Shown piece after piece: positions 29,481 through 38,133 of a stretch of 64,000 nt of DNA. The notes under the pieces were generated by a model. It did no database searches. It was not told the DNA's origin and worked only from the letters and a program-made list of their open reading frames with translations. This DNA is from Ruminiclostridium sp. (GTDB taxonomy: Bacteria > Bacillota > Clostridia > Oscillospirales > Ruminococcaceae): NCBI GenBank assembly GCA_017479645.1, contig JAFVBZ010000048.1, forward strand, positions 6,045 to 70,044. Direction: 5' to 3'. The position numbers were made by a program, and so were the translations under genes. Each line of letters begins with the position of its first letter. The stretch's first letter is position 1.

Positions 29481-29567
29481 ATGGACGCAATCAAAACATC
29501 GATCCGGCAGACAGTCCTGCTCGTTGAGATCGGTGCTGATGTCAAGCTTAAAAAACGGCAGCGTTAA
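29481..29567 (+). CDS. 28-aa small ORF or gene stub with its own promoter and terminator
   Basis: MDAIKTSIRQTVLLVEIGADVKLKKRQR; GGAG RBS; TTGCCA-17-TAGAAT at 29381-29409. Confidence 0.45.
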   Translation: MDAIKTSIRQTVLLVEIGADVKLKKRQR

Positions 29568-29607
29568 ATAACTTGTAAATACAAAGAAAAGCCCATATAA
29601 CAGAAAT

Positions 29608-29642
29608 ATCTCCCGCTTAAGTCTCAGCGGGAGATTTTTTTC
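29608..29642. terminator. Rho-independent terminator
   Basis: ATCTCCCGCT-8-AGCGGGAGAT plus T7. Confidence 0.8.
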
Positions 29643-29761
29643 TGTTTATGCAGATACATCAGCGCTCTTTCCGGCAGAGAAAAGAGTACCCGCTCATAGC
29701 TCTCCGTAAGCGGGAACAGTCTGAAATCGGCTGTCAGTATTTCGGTCAACACTATACCGCC

Positions 29762-30391
29762 TTATCGATGCCCCGTTCCTGCCCTGCTCAGATTCTGCCA
29801 CTCCGAAAGCGTTTCACTGACTTTCTCGTACCAGCCGTTTTCAAAAAATCGGCATTTTGTGATATCCTCGCCGCAGAAGTCCATGCGTTTCCCGGAGTAC
29901 AGCAAGCCCATAGCCCTGCAGCCGCCGGTGCAGTATTCAAACCATTTGCAGGAACCGCATTTGCTGTTGTTTGCGCGCACATCTCCTACTGTCGAACATA
30001 CATTATCGAGATATGCTCCCGATGACAGCAGGTCTTTAAGCCTGTCCCTGTGAAGATTTCCGAAATGTATGCCGAGCTGCATAAGCAGACCCGATTCCTG
30101 CATACACGGGACAATATCGCCGGAAGAAGTTACCGCTGCCATACCCCTGTTTCCTCTGCAGGCCGGATATGTACTGCGGTACTCTCCCTCGGAGCAGGCT
30201 GCGGGAACTATACTGAAGCTTCTGTTTTTGGGATAAAGCCGTAAAAACTGCCAGATGCCGATATCCATTTTCATACCGGTATGTATATACTCTTCCGCGA
30301 AGTCCAGCAGCTTCTCGTAGTACTCCTCAAATCCAAGGCATGCGTCCCCTGCATTCGCAAACCAGCGCGGCACTTCTGTATGAACACTCAT
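29762..30391 (-). pseudogene. 5'-truncated radical SAM/SPASM gene (SPASM half only)
   Basis: CRGNRG...SGDIVPC...CGSCKWFEYCTGGCR SPASM motif; no CxxxCxxC radical SAM core; ATG overlaps the upstream stop. Confidence 0.7.
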
Positions 30392-31047
30392 CAGCCCGCA
30401 ACAGTTCCCGCGGCTGTCAGAACTATCGCAAACAGCGAAAATCCTATACCGATAGAACCGCCGATCTTTAATCCGAGTCTTTGCAGCGGAACTAATACGA
30501 GCGCTGCGGTCACGGGATTGAGCAGCACCATTGCTGCCGGCACATTCAGAGCACCGGTGAGTATCGCCGCAATAACAAGTCCTGTCGATACTGCGATCAG
30601 ACTTACCGCGCTGATCAACGACGGTATCTTCGGGTACTTCCCTACCGCATCCAATGCGGTCTGTGCATCGTCGTCGGAGATCTTTCCGGCAAGCCTGCGA
30701 TAGACAATGCACTTTGTTACGATCGATCCGTGATAGTAAAGTCCGGTGTATGCACCTATGAATGTATTGATCTTAAGCGCAAGTGCAAGTCCGGTATTGT
30801 TCTGTCCGATGAGCTCCGCAAGAAACCACATCGTTAGATATGTTCCCGGCTGTCCTATGCAGGAAAGCCAGAAAGATCTGTCAAACCGGCTTTCCTTCAC
30901 TTCCGTCCACCACGGCGAGATCTTTCCGAGACTTCGTGGATCCGATCTGTCGCCCTTGCGTCCGGACCACACGAGCGGTATGTCTGCTCTTGCGCAGAGT
31001 ATCCCGCTTATAACGCCGATTATACCGATGATAATATATACGTTCAT
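30391..31047 (-). CDS. Polytopic membrane protein (DUF6796-like), paralog 1
   Basis: 218 aa; GVISGILCARAD and IGAYTGLYYH motifs shared with the other two paralogs. Confidence 0.75.
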   Translation of the reverse strand: MNVYIIIGIIGVISGILCARADIPLVWSGRKGDRSDPRSLGKISPWWTEVKESRFDRSFWLSCIGQPGTYLTMWFLAELIGQNNTGLALALKINTFIGAYTGLYYHGSIVTKCIVYRRLAGKISDDDAQTALDAVGKYPKIPSLISAVSLIAVSTGLVIAAILTGALNVPAAMVLLNPVTAALVLVPLQRLGLKIGGSIGIGFSLFAIVLTAAGTVAG

Positions 31048-31742
31048 TTTTCGACAGTCCCTTTCTTATGATAAAAATATGCGGTAAGGAATATCAGCCC
31101 TTCCCCGAGACTTTCACAAGCGCCGTAAGCCCCCTCGGCGGCAGTTCCCGCAAAGATCAGTTTCCACAGAATGCCGAGGGCGAATGCTCCCACAGGACCC
31201 ACAAGGCAGAGCCACCTCGGAAGCTTTGATCTTCCGGAAACCGTAACATAGAAATGCAGCACATAGCCTATACACAGAAAACCGATCAGGACTATGTTCG
31301 GCACAGTGACAAATTCAGACCAGCGCTGTGCGGCATTCGCGGCAAGCTCTGCCGTACCGCCTTCCGAAAGCACGGATCTATATGTCAGCGGCATAAGCGA
31401 ACCCAGCGAAAAATGCAGATACCCGGTAGATGCAACGCCGATGAGATACAGCGTTGCAAGCATCCTGCAGGCTTTTCCGCAGCTGTCCGCGATCATACGG
31501 TAAACGCTGATCCCGGCAGGCAGCATAAGCGCCATACCGATAAATCCGAGTATCGCAGAAAGTACGAACCGCCACTCCGGCATCTGCGCCCAAAGCGGCT
31601 GTACGCCAGATGCGCCGAGCCCTTCATAGCAGAAGATCAGACAGTCCCCGGTCATAAACAGCACTCCGCCGATCACTCCGAGAAGAGCGTATTTTTTCAG
31701 CTTTTGGGCTGTAAATTGCATCGGCATCACTTCATTATCCAT
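31044..31742 (-). CDS. Polytopic membrane protein (DUF6796-like), paralog 2
   Basis: 232 aa; GVIGGVLFMTGD and IGVASTGYLH. Confidence 0.8.
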   Translation of the reverse strand: MDNEVMPMQFTAQKLKKYALLGVIGGVLFMTGDCLIFCYEGLGASGVQPLWAQMPEWRFVLSAILGFIGMALMLPAGISVYRMIADSCGKACRMLATLYLIGVASTGYLHFSLGSLMPLTYRSVLSEGGTAELAANAAQRWSEFVTVPNIVLIGFLCIGYVLHFYVTVSGRSKLPRWLCLVGPVGAFALGILWKLIFAGTAAEGAYGACESLGEGLIFLTAYFYHKKGTVEK

Positions 31743-32638
31743 TCGATTATCTCCTTTTCCGCACGGGCAAAGTATTCAAGGTTCTCTTTCCGGTGCTTTC
31801 CGAAAGTCTTGTACATTATCCCGATAAGCGGCATTATCCGGTACAGCTTTTTCTCACGTTCCGGGTTCGGAAGCAGTCCGCACAGATGACTTCCGTGCGG
31901 AAATATCAGCGATTTTACTTCGTGCTCATATCCGATATTTTGCAGATGTTCTTCTGTCTTTCTGACGGAATAGACCGAGTTCCAGTCCTCGTCCTCCGCA
32001 CCGGCTATCATGAGTATGCGGGCATTCGTTTTTTCCGGGCGGAGCATTGCGCGCTGTTCCGCTTCCTTGTCGTCATAGGCTTTCTGAAAAGCCGCCCACA
32101 TTCCTGTGACCTTGTACTGCATACCGGGAATCTTTTTGTATTTTATGACCTTTTCCTTTGAGAAATCCGGACGCACGAACGGTATCTCCCTGCCCTGCCA
32201 TACCGCAACGCTGTGACCTGACATTGTCTTTTTGTCCGGCATCGTTCCCTCAAACGGAACGTGGGTGGGTGAGACAATAATAAGGTTCTCAAACCCTCCT
32301 ATGTACTGCGCAGTCAGAGATGCGAATATCGAGCCCATTGACTGACCGTAAACGCTGAGATGCCTGATGCCTTTTTTATTGCGCAGATATTCTACTGCCG
32401 GGACGAACATATCCACCGGAACTCTGTCGGGAGAATCCGGCAGTCCCTCCGCACCGAACAGCGAAACTGCCAGACCGGTAATACCGAAATCGGCAAACCT
32501 TTCCGCAAAAACTATTCCGGGCAGTAAGCTCTGCTCACCGCCCATTATCACGATAACAGCACGGTCACTGCCGTTATCCGGCTCGGCGAGATGCCCCACA
32601 AAGCCGTGCTCTTTCATATTGAAGTTTTCATGTTTCAT
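31727..32638 (-). CDS. BAAT/acyl-CoA thioesterase-like alpha/beta hydrolase (paralog of 19450-20367)
   Basis: GQSMGS, AGAEDEDW, HGSHL. Confidence 0.85.
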   Translation of the reverse strand: MKHENFNMKEHGFVGHLAEPDNGSDRAVIVIMGGEQSLLPGIVFAERFADFGITGLAVSLFGAEGLPDSPDRVPVDMFVPAVEYLRNKKGIRHLSVYGQSMGSIFASLTAQYIGGFENLIIVSPTHVPFEGTMPDKKTMSGHSVAVWQGREIPFVRPDFSKEKVIKYKKIPGMQYKVTGMWAAFQKAYDDKEAEQRAMLRPEKTNARILMIAGAEDEDWNSVYSVRKTEEHLQNIGYEHEVKSLIFPHGSHLCGLLPNPEREKKLYRIMPLIGIMYKTFGKHRKENLEYFARAEKEIIEWIMK

Positions 32639-32653
32639 ATCTGTATCTCCGTT

Positions 32654-33286
32654 TCAGATGCTCTTGCTTCTTTCCCACCCGTCGCCTGCGTCTGTGCTGT
32701 GTCTGATAAAGTCAAAATCACAGCAGTCTCCGCCCTGACAGAGTGTTTTTGTCCGCTTGAAATCCGTAAAAGGCAGTTCACCGAAATTAATAACGTCGGA
32801 ATGGCAGAACATGGCTCCCAGCTTCATAAGATCATGTTTTTCAAAGATATGGCGGTAAACGCACTCCCTGCACTCGAAATGGAATCTGTCCTTAGGGTCA
32901 TCGGAATGCCATTCGTAGTGCCAGCCTGCGCCGGAACCATGTCTGAATCCGAACGGGAGTATCTTCTTCATCATCGGAATGAAGAACGGGAGCTTCGCCA
33001 TTTTTTTATAGCTTTCCGGAGTGAGCATTTTCCACATCTCCTCCGATACTGTCCTGTATGCTTCTTCCTCACTTTTCCCGTGATCCTGCAAGACCTCGTA
33101 CAATGCAATGGAAGTGAATATCTGCGCCATGTGTTTGTAATTGCCCTTGTCGCAGTACTCCGAGTGTTCCATGATAAGTTCGTCAATTCTTTTGCAGATG
33201 TCCTGCTGTATATCGTCCGGCAGTGACGGGAAGTATTTGCGGTAGCGGCTTATTCCGATCAAAGCCATTGGTTCATACTTTTTCAT
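32654..33286 (-). CDS. L-2-amino-thiazoline-4-carboxylate hydrolase-family protein
   Basis: FECRECVY...FCHSD...FKRTKTLCQGGDCCDF C-terminal pattern. Confidence 0.8.
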   Translation of the reverse strand: MKKYEPMALIGISRYRKYFPSLPDDIQQDICKRIDELIMEHSEYCDKGNYKHMAQIFTSIALYEVLQDHGKSEEEAYRTVSEEMWKMLTPESYKKMAKLPFFIPMMKKILPFGFRHGSGAGWHYEWHSDDPKDRFHFECRECVYRHIFEKHDLMKLGAMFCHSDVINFGELPFTDFKRTKTLCQGGDCCDFDFIRHSTDAGDGWERSKSI

Positions 33287-33304
33287 TTATATCGCCTTGT
33301 TCGA

Positions 33305-33352
33305 GTTAGTTTTAACTAACTGCATTATAGCATAATTCCGCAAATAAATCAA
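33305..33352 (-). promoter_or_regulatory. Sigma-A promoter plus GTTAGY operator (copy 2)
   Basis: TTGATT-17-TATAAT, then 3 nt, then operator (GTTAGTTTTAACTAAC on + strand, 33305-33320). Confidence 0.8.
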
Positions 33353-33462
33353 GTACAATGTGAACCTATCCGATCATTTCTATATTATCCCGGAAGGAAG
33401 GCACGAATCATAATACATCTTTCATTCTGCTGTGTCACATCTGAAAATTTTTTCAAAACCTA

Positions 33463-33516
33463 TTGACAAATGTCGGTGAACGTTGTATACTTATACTCAT
33501 TGGTGAACAACGTTCA
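33463..33516 (+). promoter_or_regulatory. tetR promoter with two TGAAC-N3-GTTCA-type operators
   Basis: TTGACA-17-TATACT (33463-33491); TGAACAACGTTCA at 33504-33516; 11/13 copy at 33477-33489. Confidence 0.75.
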
Positions 33517-33559
33517 TTAAATATCTTTGTTCACAATTCCTGCTGAAAGGGGTCAGTTT

Positions 33560-34162
33560 ATGCCGAGAGATAAGACAAAAAGCCACGAAAGAATAATCGA
33601 GGCGGCAAAAAAGGAGTTCCTCGAATACGGCTATGCTGATGCTTCCCTGCGGCGGATCGCAGCGGATGCGGAAATACAGGTAGGCGGGCTGTATAAGCAT
33701 TTTGCCAGCAAGGACGAGATGTTTGAAACGCTTGTGGAGCCTGCGATACAGGAATTCTACGCTCTGTATCACGATATTGAGAATGAATATTTTGGTGATG
33801 CAAAAGCCTCTGCGTGGGAGCCGAAACGTGAAGTCACGCGCACTATGGAGCTTATCTACAGGCACTATGACGAGTTCCGGCTGCTTATACTTAGATCTAA
33901 GGGAACACGGTATGAGGACTTCAAGCATGAGGTAGCCCTGCTGGAGGAAAAAGCCACACTGCGCTATCTCGATGAACTGCGAAAACAAGGCTGTCCGGTC
34001 AAAGATGTGGACAGAACCGAATTTCACCTGATAACCACATCTTATGTGGAGGCTTTTTTCCAGCCGCTTATACACGGTCTTGACAAGGAAAAAGCCATGC
34101 ATTACACAAGAACTCTTGAAGAGTTTTACCAACCGGCATGGAAGTCGTGGTTAGGAATATGA
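33560..34162 (+). CDS. TetR/AcrR-family regulator
   Basis: IIEAAKKEFLEYGYADASLRRIAADAEIQVGGLYKHFASKDEMF HTH. Confidence 0.93.
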   Translation: MPRDKTKSHERIIEAAKKEFLEYGYADASLRRIAADAEIQVGGLYKHFASKDEMFETLVEPAIQEFYALYHDIENEYFGDAKASAWEPKREVTRTMELIYRHYDEFRLLILRSKGTRYEDFKHEVALLEEKATLRYLDELRKQGCPVKDVDRTEFHLITTSYVEAFFQPLIHGLDKEKAMHYTRTLEEFYQPAWKSWLGI

Positions 34163-34206
34163 AATAATGCCTCGCGATTGCAGCGGGGCATAAATAAAGA
34201 ACAAAA

Positions 34207-34222
34207 GTTAGCTTTAGCTAAC
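34207..34222. promoter_or_regulatory. GTTAGY operator (copy 3)
   Basis: GTTAGCTTTAGCTAAC, perfect 7-bp arms, 22 bp upstream of the ABC ATG. Confidence 0.8.
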
Positions 34223-34244
34223 AAAATAAACAGGAGGATTTCGT

Positions 34245-36035
34245 ATGGAGAAAAAGAAACAAAGTGCCGTGGGAGTCTTGCTCGGATATGCAGGAAACTA
34301 TAAGGGACTTACATTTTTGGGGCTGTTTTTGTCAGCTGTGTCAATGATACTTGGGATGCTGCCGTATATATGCATCTGGCTTGTTGTAAGAGATCTGATA
34401 GCAGTCGCACCAAATTGGAAAGAGGCAACCGATATCGCGGGATACGGCTGGCTGGCGTTTTTCTTTGCGGTAGGCGGAATAGCGGTATATTTCGCAGCGC
34501 TTATGTGTACGCATCTGGCAGCGTTCAGAACAGCGTCCAACATAAGAAAAAAGGGAATGGCGCATCTTATGAAGGCGCCATTGGGATTTTTTGACAGCAA
34601 TGCATCGGGTTTGCTTCGCAACAGACTTGACGGAGCGGCGACAGATACAGAGACACTGCTCGCACATAATCTTGCGGATATTGTTGGAACCGCAGCAATG
34701 TTTGTTATGATGCTGGTACTTATGTTTGTATTTGACTGGAGAATGGGGCTGTCGTGCCTTCTGGCTGCGATAATATCGATCATAGCCATGTTCTCCATGA
34801 TGGGCGGGAAAAACGCAGGTCTCATGGCAGAGTATCAGGCGGCTTTGGATACGATGAGCAAAGCGGGAACAGAGTATGTCAGGGGTATTCCCGTAGTAAA
34901 AGTATTTCAGCAGACAGTATATTCATTTAAAGCTTTCAAGCAGGCTATTGAGGATTACAGTGAAAAGGCGGAGCATTATCAGGCTGATGTATGCAAAGTG
35001 CCCCAAGCTGTAAACCTGACATTTACGGAAGGGGCATTTATATTCCTTGTTCCGGCAGTCCTTTTGCTTGCACCGTCGGCGTTAGACGGGGATTTTGCCG
35101 GTTTTGTCACTAATTTTGCATTTTATGCGGTTTTTTCCGCAATCGTCTCCACTGCGCTCGCAAAGATAATGTTTGCTGCAAGCGGAATGATGCTGGCTCA
35201 GACCGCCCTCGGAAGAATAGATCAGGTCATGAGTGCGCCTGTCCTTACGACAGCAAGCAGCCCCGAGACTCCCGAAGGAAACGGGATAGAATTCAAAGAT
35301 GTCAGCTTCACGTATGAAGGCAGTGAAAGTCCTGCGCTTTCCCATGTAAGCTTTAAGGCGGAGCCCGGTCAGACTGTGGCGCTTGTGGGACCGTCCGGCG
35401 GCGGAAAGACTACGGCGGCGAGCCTTATCCCGAGATTCTGGGACGTATCGGACGGAAGCGTACTTGTCGGCGGAGTGGACGTAAAGAAAATTGATCCGCA
35501 TGTCCTCATGGAAAGAATAGCCTTTGTATTTCAGAATAACAGGCTGTTCAAAACTACTGTCCTGGAAAATGTCCGTGCCGCAAGACCCGATGCAAGTGAA
35601 GCGGAAGTTATGGAGGCGCTCAGAGCGGCACAGTGTATGGATATCATAGATAAACTTCCGGAAGGGATCCATACAAAGATCGGTACAGAGGGAACATATC
35701 TGTCGGGCGGTGAGCAGCAGAGAATTTCCCTTGCACGCGCCATTTTAAAAGATGCACCGATCGTTGTTCTCGATGAAGCCACAGCTTTTGCCGATCCCGA
35801 AAATGAAGCATTGATACAGAAAGCCTTTACCACTCTCACCAAGGGACGAACGGTGATAATGATCGCTCATCGTCTTTCCACTGTCGTGAATGCGGATAAG
35901 ATCATTGTTTTGAATAACGGACAAGTTGAAGAAGTCGGTACACATAGCGAGCTGTTAAATAATAAGGGTCTGTATGATCGTATGTGGAACGATTATAACA
36001 AGGCTGCTCAATGGAAGTTAGGAGGGAATGTATAA
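34245..36035 (+). CDS. Fused TMD-NBD ABC half-transporter (YbtP/IrtA-like, no reductase domain)
   Basis: THLAAF, EYVRGIPVVKVF, GPSGGGKT, LSGGEQQR, LDEAT. Confidence 0.9.
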   Translation: MEKKKQSAVGVLLGYAGNYKGLTFLGLFLSAVSMILGMLPYICIWLVVRDLIAVAPNWKEATDIAGYGWLAFFFAVGGIAVYFAALMCTHLAAFRTASNIRKKGMAHLMKAPLGFFDSNASGLLRNRLDGAATDTETLLAHNLADIVGTAAMFVMMLVLMFVFDWRMGLSCLLAAIISIIAMFSMMGGKNAGLMAEYQAALDTMSKAGTEYVRGIPVVKVFQQTVYSFKAFKQAIEDYSEKAEHYQADVCKVPQAVNLTFTEGAFIFLVPAVLLLAPSALDGDFAGFVTNFAFYAVFSAIVSTALAKIMFAASGMMLAQTALGRIDQVMSAPVLTTASSPETPEGNGIEFKDVSFTYEGSESPALSHVSFKAEPGQTVALVGPSGGGKTTAASLIPRFWDVSDGSVLVGGVDVKKIDPHVLMERIAFVFQNNRLFKTTVLENVRAARPDASEAEVMEALRAAQCMDIIDKLPEGIHTKIGTEGTYLSGGEQQRISLARAILKDAPIVVLDEATAFADPENEALIQKAFTTLTKGRTVIMIAHRLSTVVNADKIIVLNNGQVEEVGTHSELLNNKGLYDRMWNDYNKAAQWKLGGNV

Positions 36036-37777
36036 TGTTCGGCGAAAAATTTAAACATAAATATGCATTGTCTGATACAGGAATAAAAAATGTCAAAAAA
36101 GGCACCTTCTGGACTGTGATCGTAAATCTTGTCGTCATGGGCGGTATGGGAATACTATACTTTCTGATGATGGGATTTATGAAAACTCTTACAGACGGAG
36201 AACAATTACCGGGGATAGGTTTATTCCTTGTTCTTGTAGCCGTTTTTCTTATTCTCTCTCTTATTACCCATATCCAGCAGTATAAAGCTACATACGGACT
36301 TGTGTACGGAGAAGTGAAAAAGGTGCGGCTAAAGATCGCTGAGCATTTAAGAAAACTGCCTTTGGGATACTTCGGCAAAAGGGATCTCGCAGATCTTACC
36401 GAGACCGTTATGGGTGATGTAAACCGCCTTGAGCATGTCTGGTCTCACTGTCTTGGGTATTTATACGGCTCCTATATATCTACGGCTGTCATAGCAATAG
36501 GTCTGTTCATATACGACTGGCGTCTTGCACTTGCCTGCCTCTGGGGCGTTCCGGTAGCTTTCGGACTGTTATTCGGAAGCAGAAAGCTTGCAAAAAAACA
36601 ATCCGAGATCACCAAAAAGGCATCAGTAGTCGTATCGGACGGAATACAGGAAACACTTGAAAATATCCGTGAGATCAGAGCCACAAACCAGGAAGAAAAG
36701 TATCTGTCGGAACTGTATGAAAAGATCGATTCACATGAGAAGGCCCTTAAAACAGGAGAACTTACAACCGGTATCTTTGTAAATGCTGCAAGCGTGATAA
36801 TGAGACTTGGTGTCGCTACAACGATCCTTACCGGTGCAGAACTGATACTTTCGGGAAGCATTGATTTTATGCTGTTCTTCATGTTCCTGCTCGTTATTAC
36901 CCGCGTTTACGCGCCATTTGACCAGAGCCTTGCGCTTATTGCCGAGATGTTTGTGTCTCAGGTGTCGGCAAACAGACTCAACGAAATATATGATGCCGAA
37001 ACAGCAGAAGGAACGGAAAGCTTTTCACCCGACGGGCATGATATCGTGTTTAAGAACGTGGGCTTCAAGTATGATGAAGAAACAGTGCTTAAAGGCGTAA
37101 GCTTTACAGCAAAAGAAGGCGAGGTAACGGCGCTTGTCGGTCCTTCGGGATCGGGAAAGAGTACCTGTGCAAGACTCGCGGCAAGACTGTGGGATGTAAG
37201 CGAGGGCGCTATCGAAGTCGGAGGAGTGGATATATCCACTGTTGATCCGGAAGTGCTTCTTACGGATTATTCCTTTGTATTCCAGGATGTAGTCCTTTTC
37301 GATGATACTGTTATGGAAAACATACGTCTCGGAAAGCACGGGGCAACAGATGAAGAGGTAATAACTGCTGCAAGAGCGGCAAACTGCGAGGAATTTGTCG
37401 AAAAGCTTCCCGACGGATACAATACTTCTATCGGAGAAAACGGTGCAAAGCTCTCCGGCGGAGAAAGGCAGAGGATCTCAATTGCGAGGGCTTTGCTTAA
37501 GAATGCGCCTATTGTTCTTCTTGATGAGGCAACAGCTTCACTTGATGTTGAGAATGAAACAAAGGTACAGGGAGCATTGTCGCGCCTTCTCGCCGGAAAG
37601 ACTGTACTTGTTATCGCACATCGCATGCGCACGGTAGAGGCTGCGGACAAGATCGTCGTTCTTACGGACGGCGCGGTGGCAGAGGAAGGAAGACCTGAGG
37701 AACTTCTTGCCGGAGAGAACAGCATATTCAGACGTATGGCGGGACTCCAGTCGGAAAACTATGGTTGGAGCGTGTGA
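36035..37777 (+). CDS. Fused TMD-NBD ABC half-transporter (YbtQ/IrtB-like)
   Basis: HLRKLPLGYFGKRDLADLT, GPSGSGKS, LSGGERQR; TAATG overlap with its partner. Confidence 0.9.
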   Translation: MFGEKFKHKYALSDTGIKNVKKGTFWTVIVNLVVMGGMGILYFLMMGFMKTLTDGEQLPGIGLFLVLVAVFLILSLITHIQQYKATYGLVYGEVKKVRLKIAEHLRKLPLGYFGKRDLADLTETVMGDVNRLEHVWSHCLGYLYGSYISTAVIAIGLFIYDWRLALACLWGVPVAFGLLFGSRKLAKKQSEITKKASVVVSDGIQETLENIREIRATNQEEKYLSELYEKIDSHEKALKTGELTTGIFVNAASVIMRLGVATTILTGAELILSGSIDFMLFFMFLLVITRVYAPFDQSLALIAEMFVSQVSANRLNEIYDAETAEGTESFSPDGHDIVFKNVGFKYDEETVLKGVSFTAKEGEVTALVGPSGSGKSTCARLAARLWDVSEGAIEVGGVDISTVDPEVLLTDYSFVFQDVVLFDDTVMENIRLGKHGATDEEVITAARAANCEEFVEKLPDGYNTSIGENGAKLSGGERQRISIARALLKNAPIVLLDEATASLDVENETKVQGALSRLLAGKTVLVIAHRMRTVEAADKIVVLTDGAVAEEGRPEELLAGENSIFRRMAGLQSENYGWSV

Positions 37778-38133
37778 CAGTCATCAGTATAAAGAGATTT
37801 TATATGCTGTAAGCCAGATTATTAAGGTTATGGTGTCCCGGAATGTTTGCCTGTTCCACGGCATGATCGACAAACTTGTGAAAGACCTGACTTCTGCATA
37901 TTAATGGTATTTATGCGTTGCTCCGGAACAGGCAGCAGGAAGCGGGAAAGCGGAAGCTGTGACAAATGCGTACTCAATAACTGCGCTTAAAGCAGTTAAT
38001 GGCTTTTCTTACAAGAGAACTGCATAAACCTTTTTCAAATATATTGAAATATCAGACCACACCGAGATATAAACCACTTGCAATTGCTTTGTTATTGTGA
38101 TATAATGTTCATATTGCAAAAGGGGGCAGGCTT

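Noticed and set aside
30392-30712. N-terminal 107 aa of the track's 316-aa ORF at 29762-30712
   Set aside because: Overlaps the membrane protein gene in another frame and contains no radical SAM motif; the real homology starts near 30391.
37780-38000. Minus-strand fragment ALSAVIEYAF resembling RimJ-type acetyltransferases
   Set aside because: Ten residues in a short closed frame; too little to call a pseudogene.
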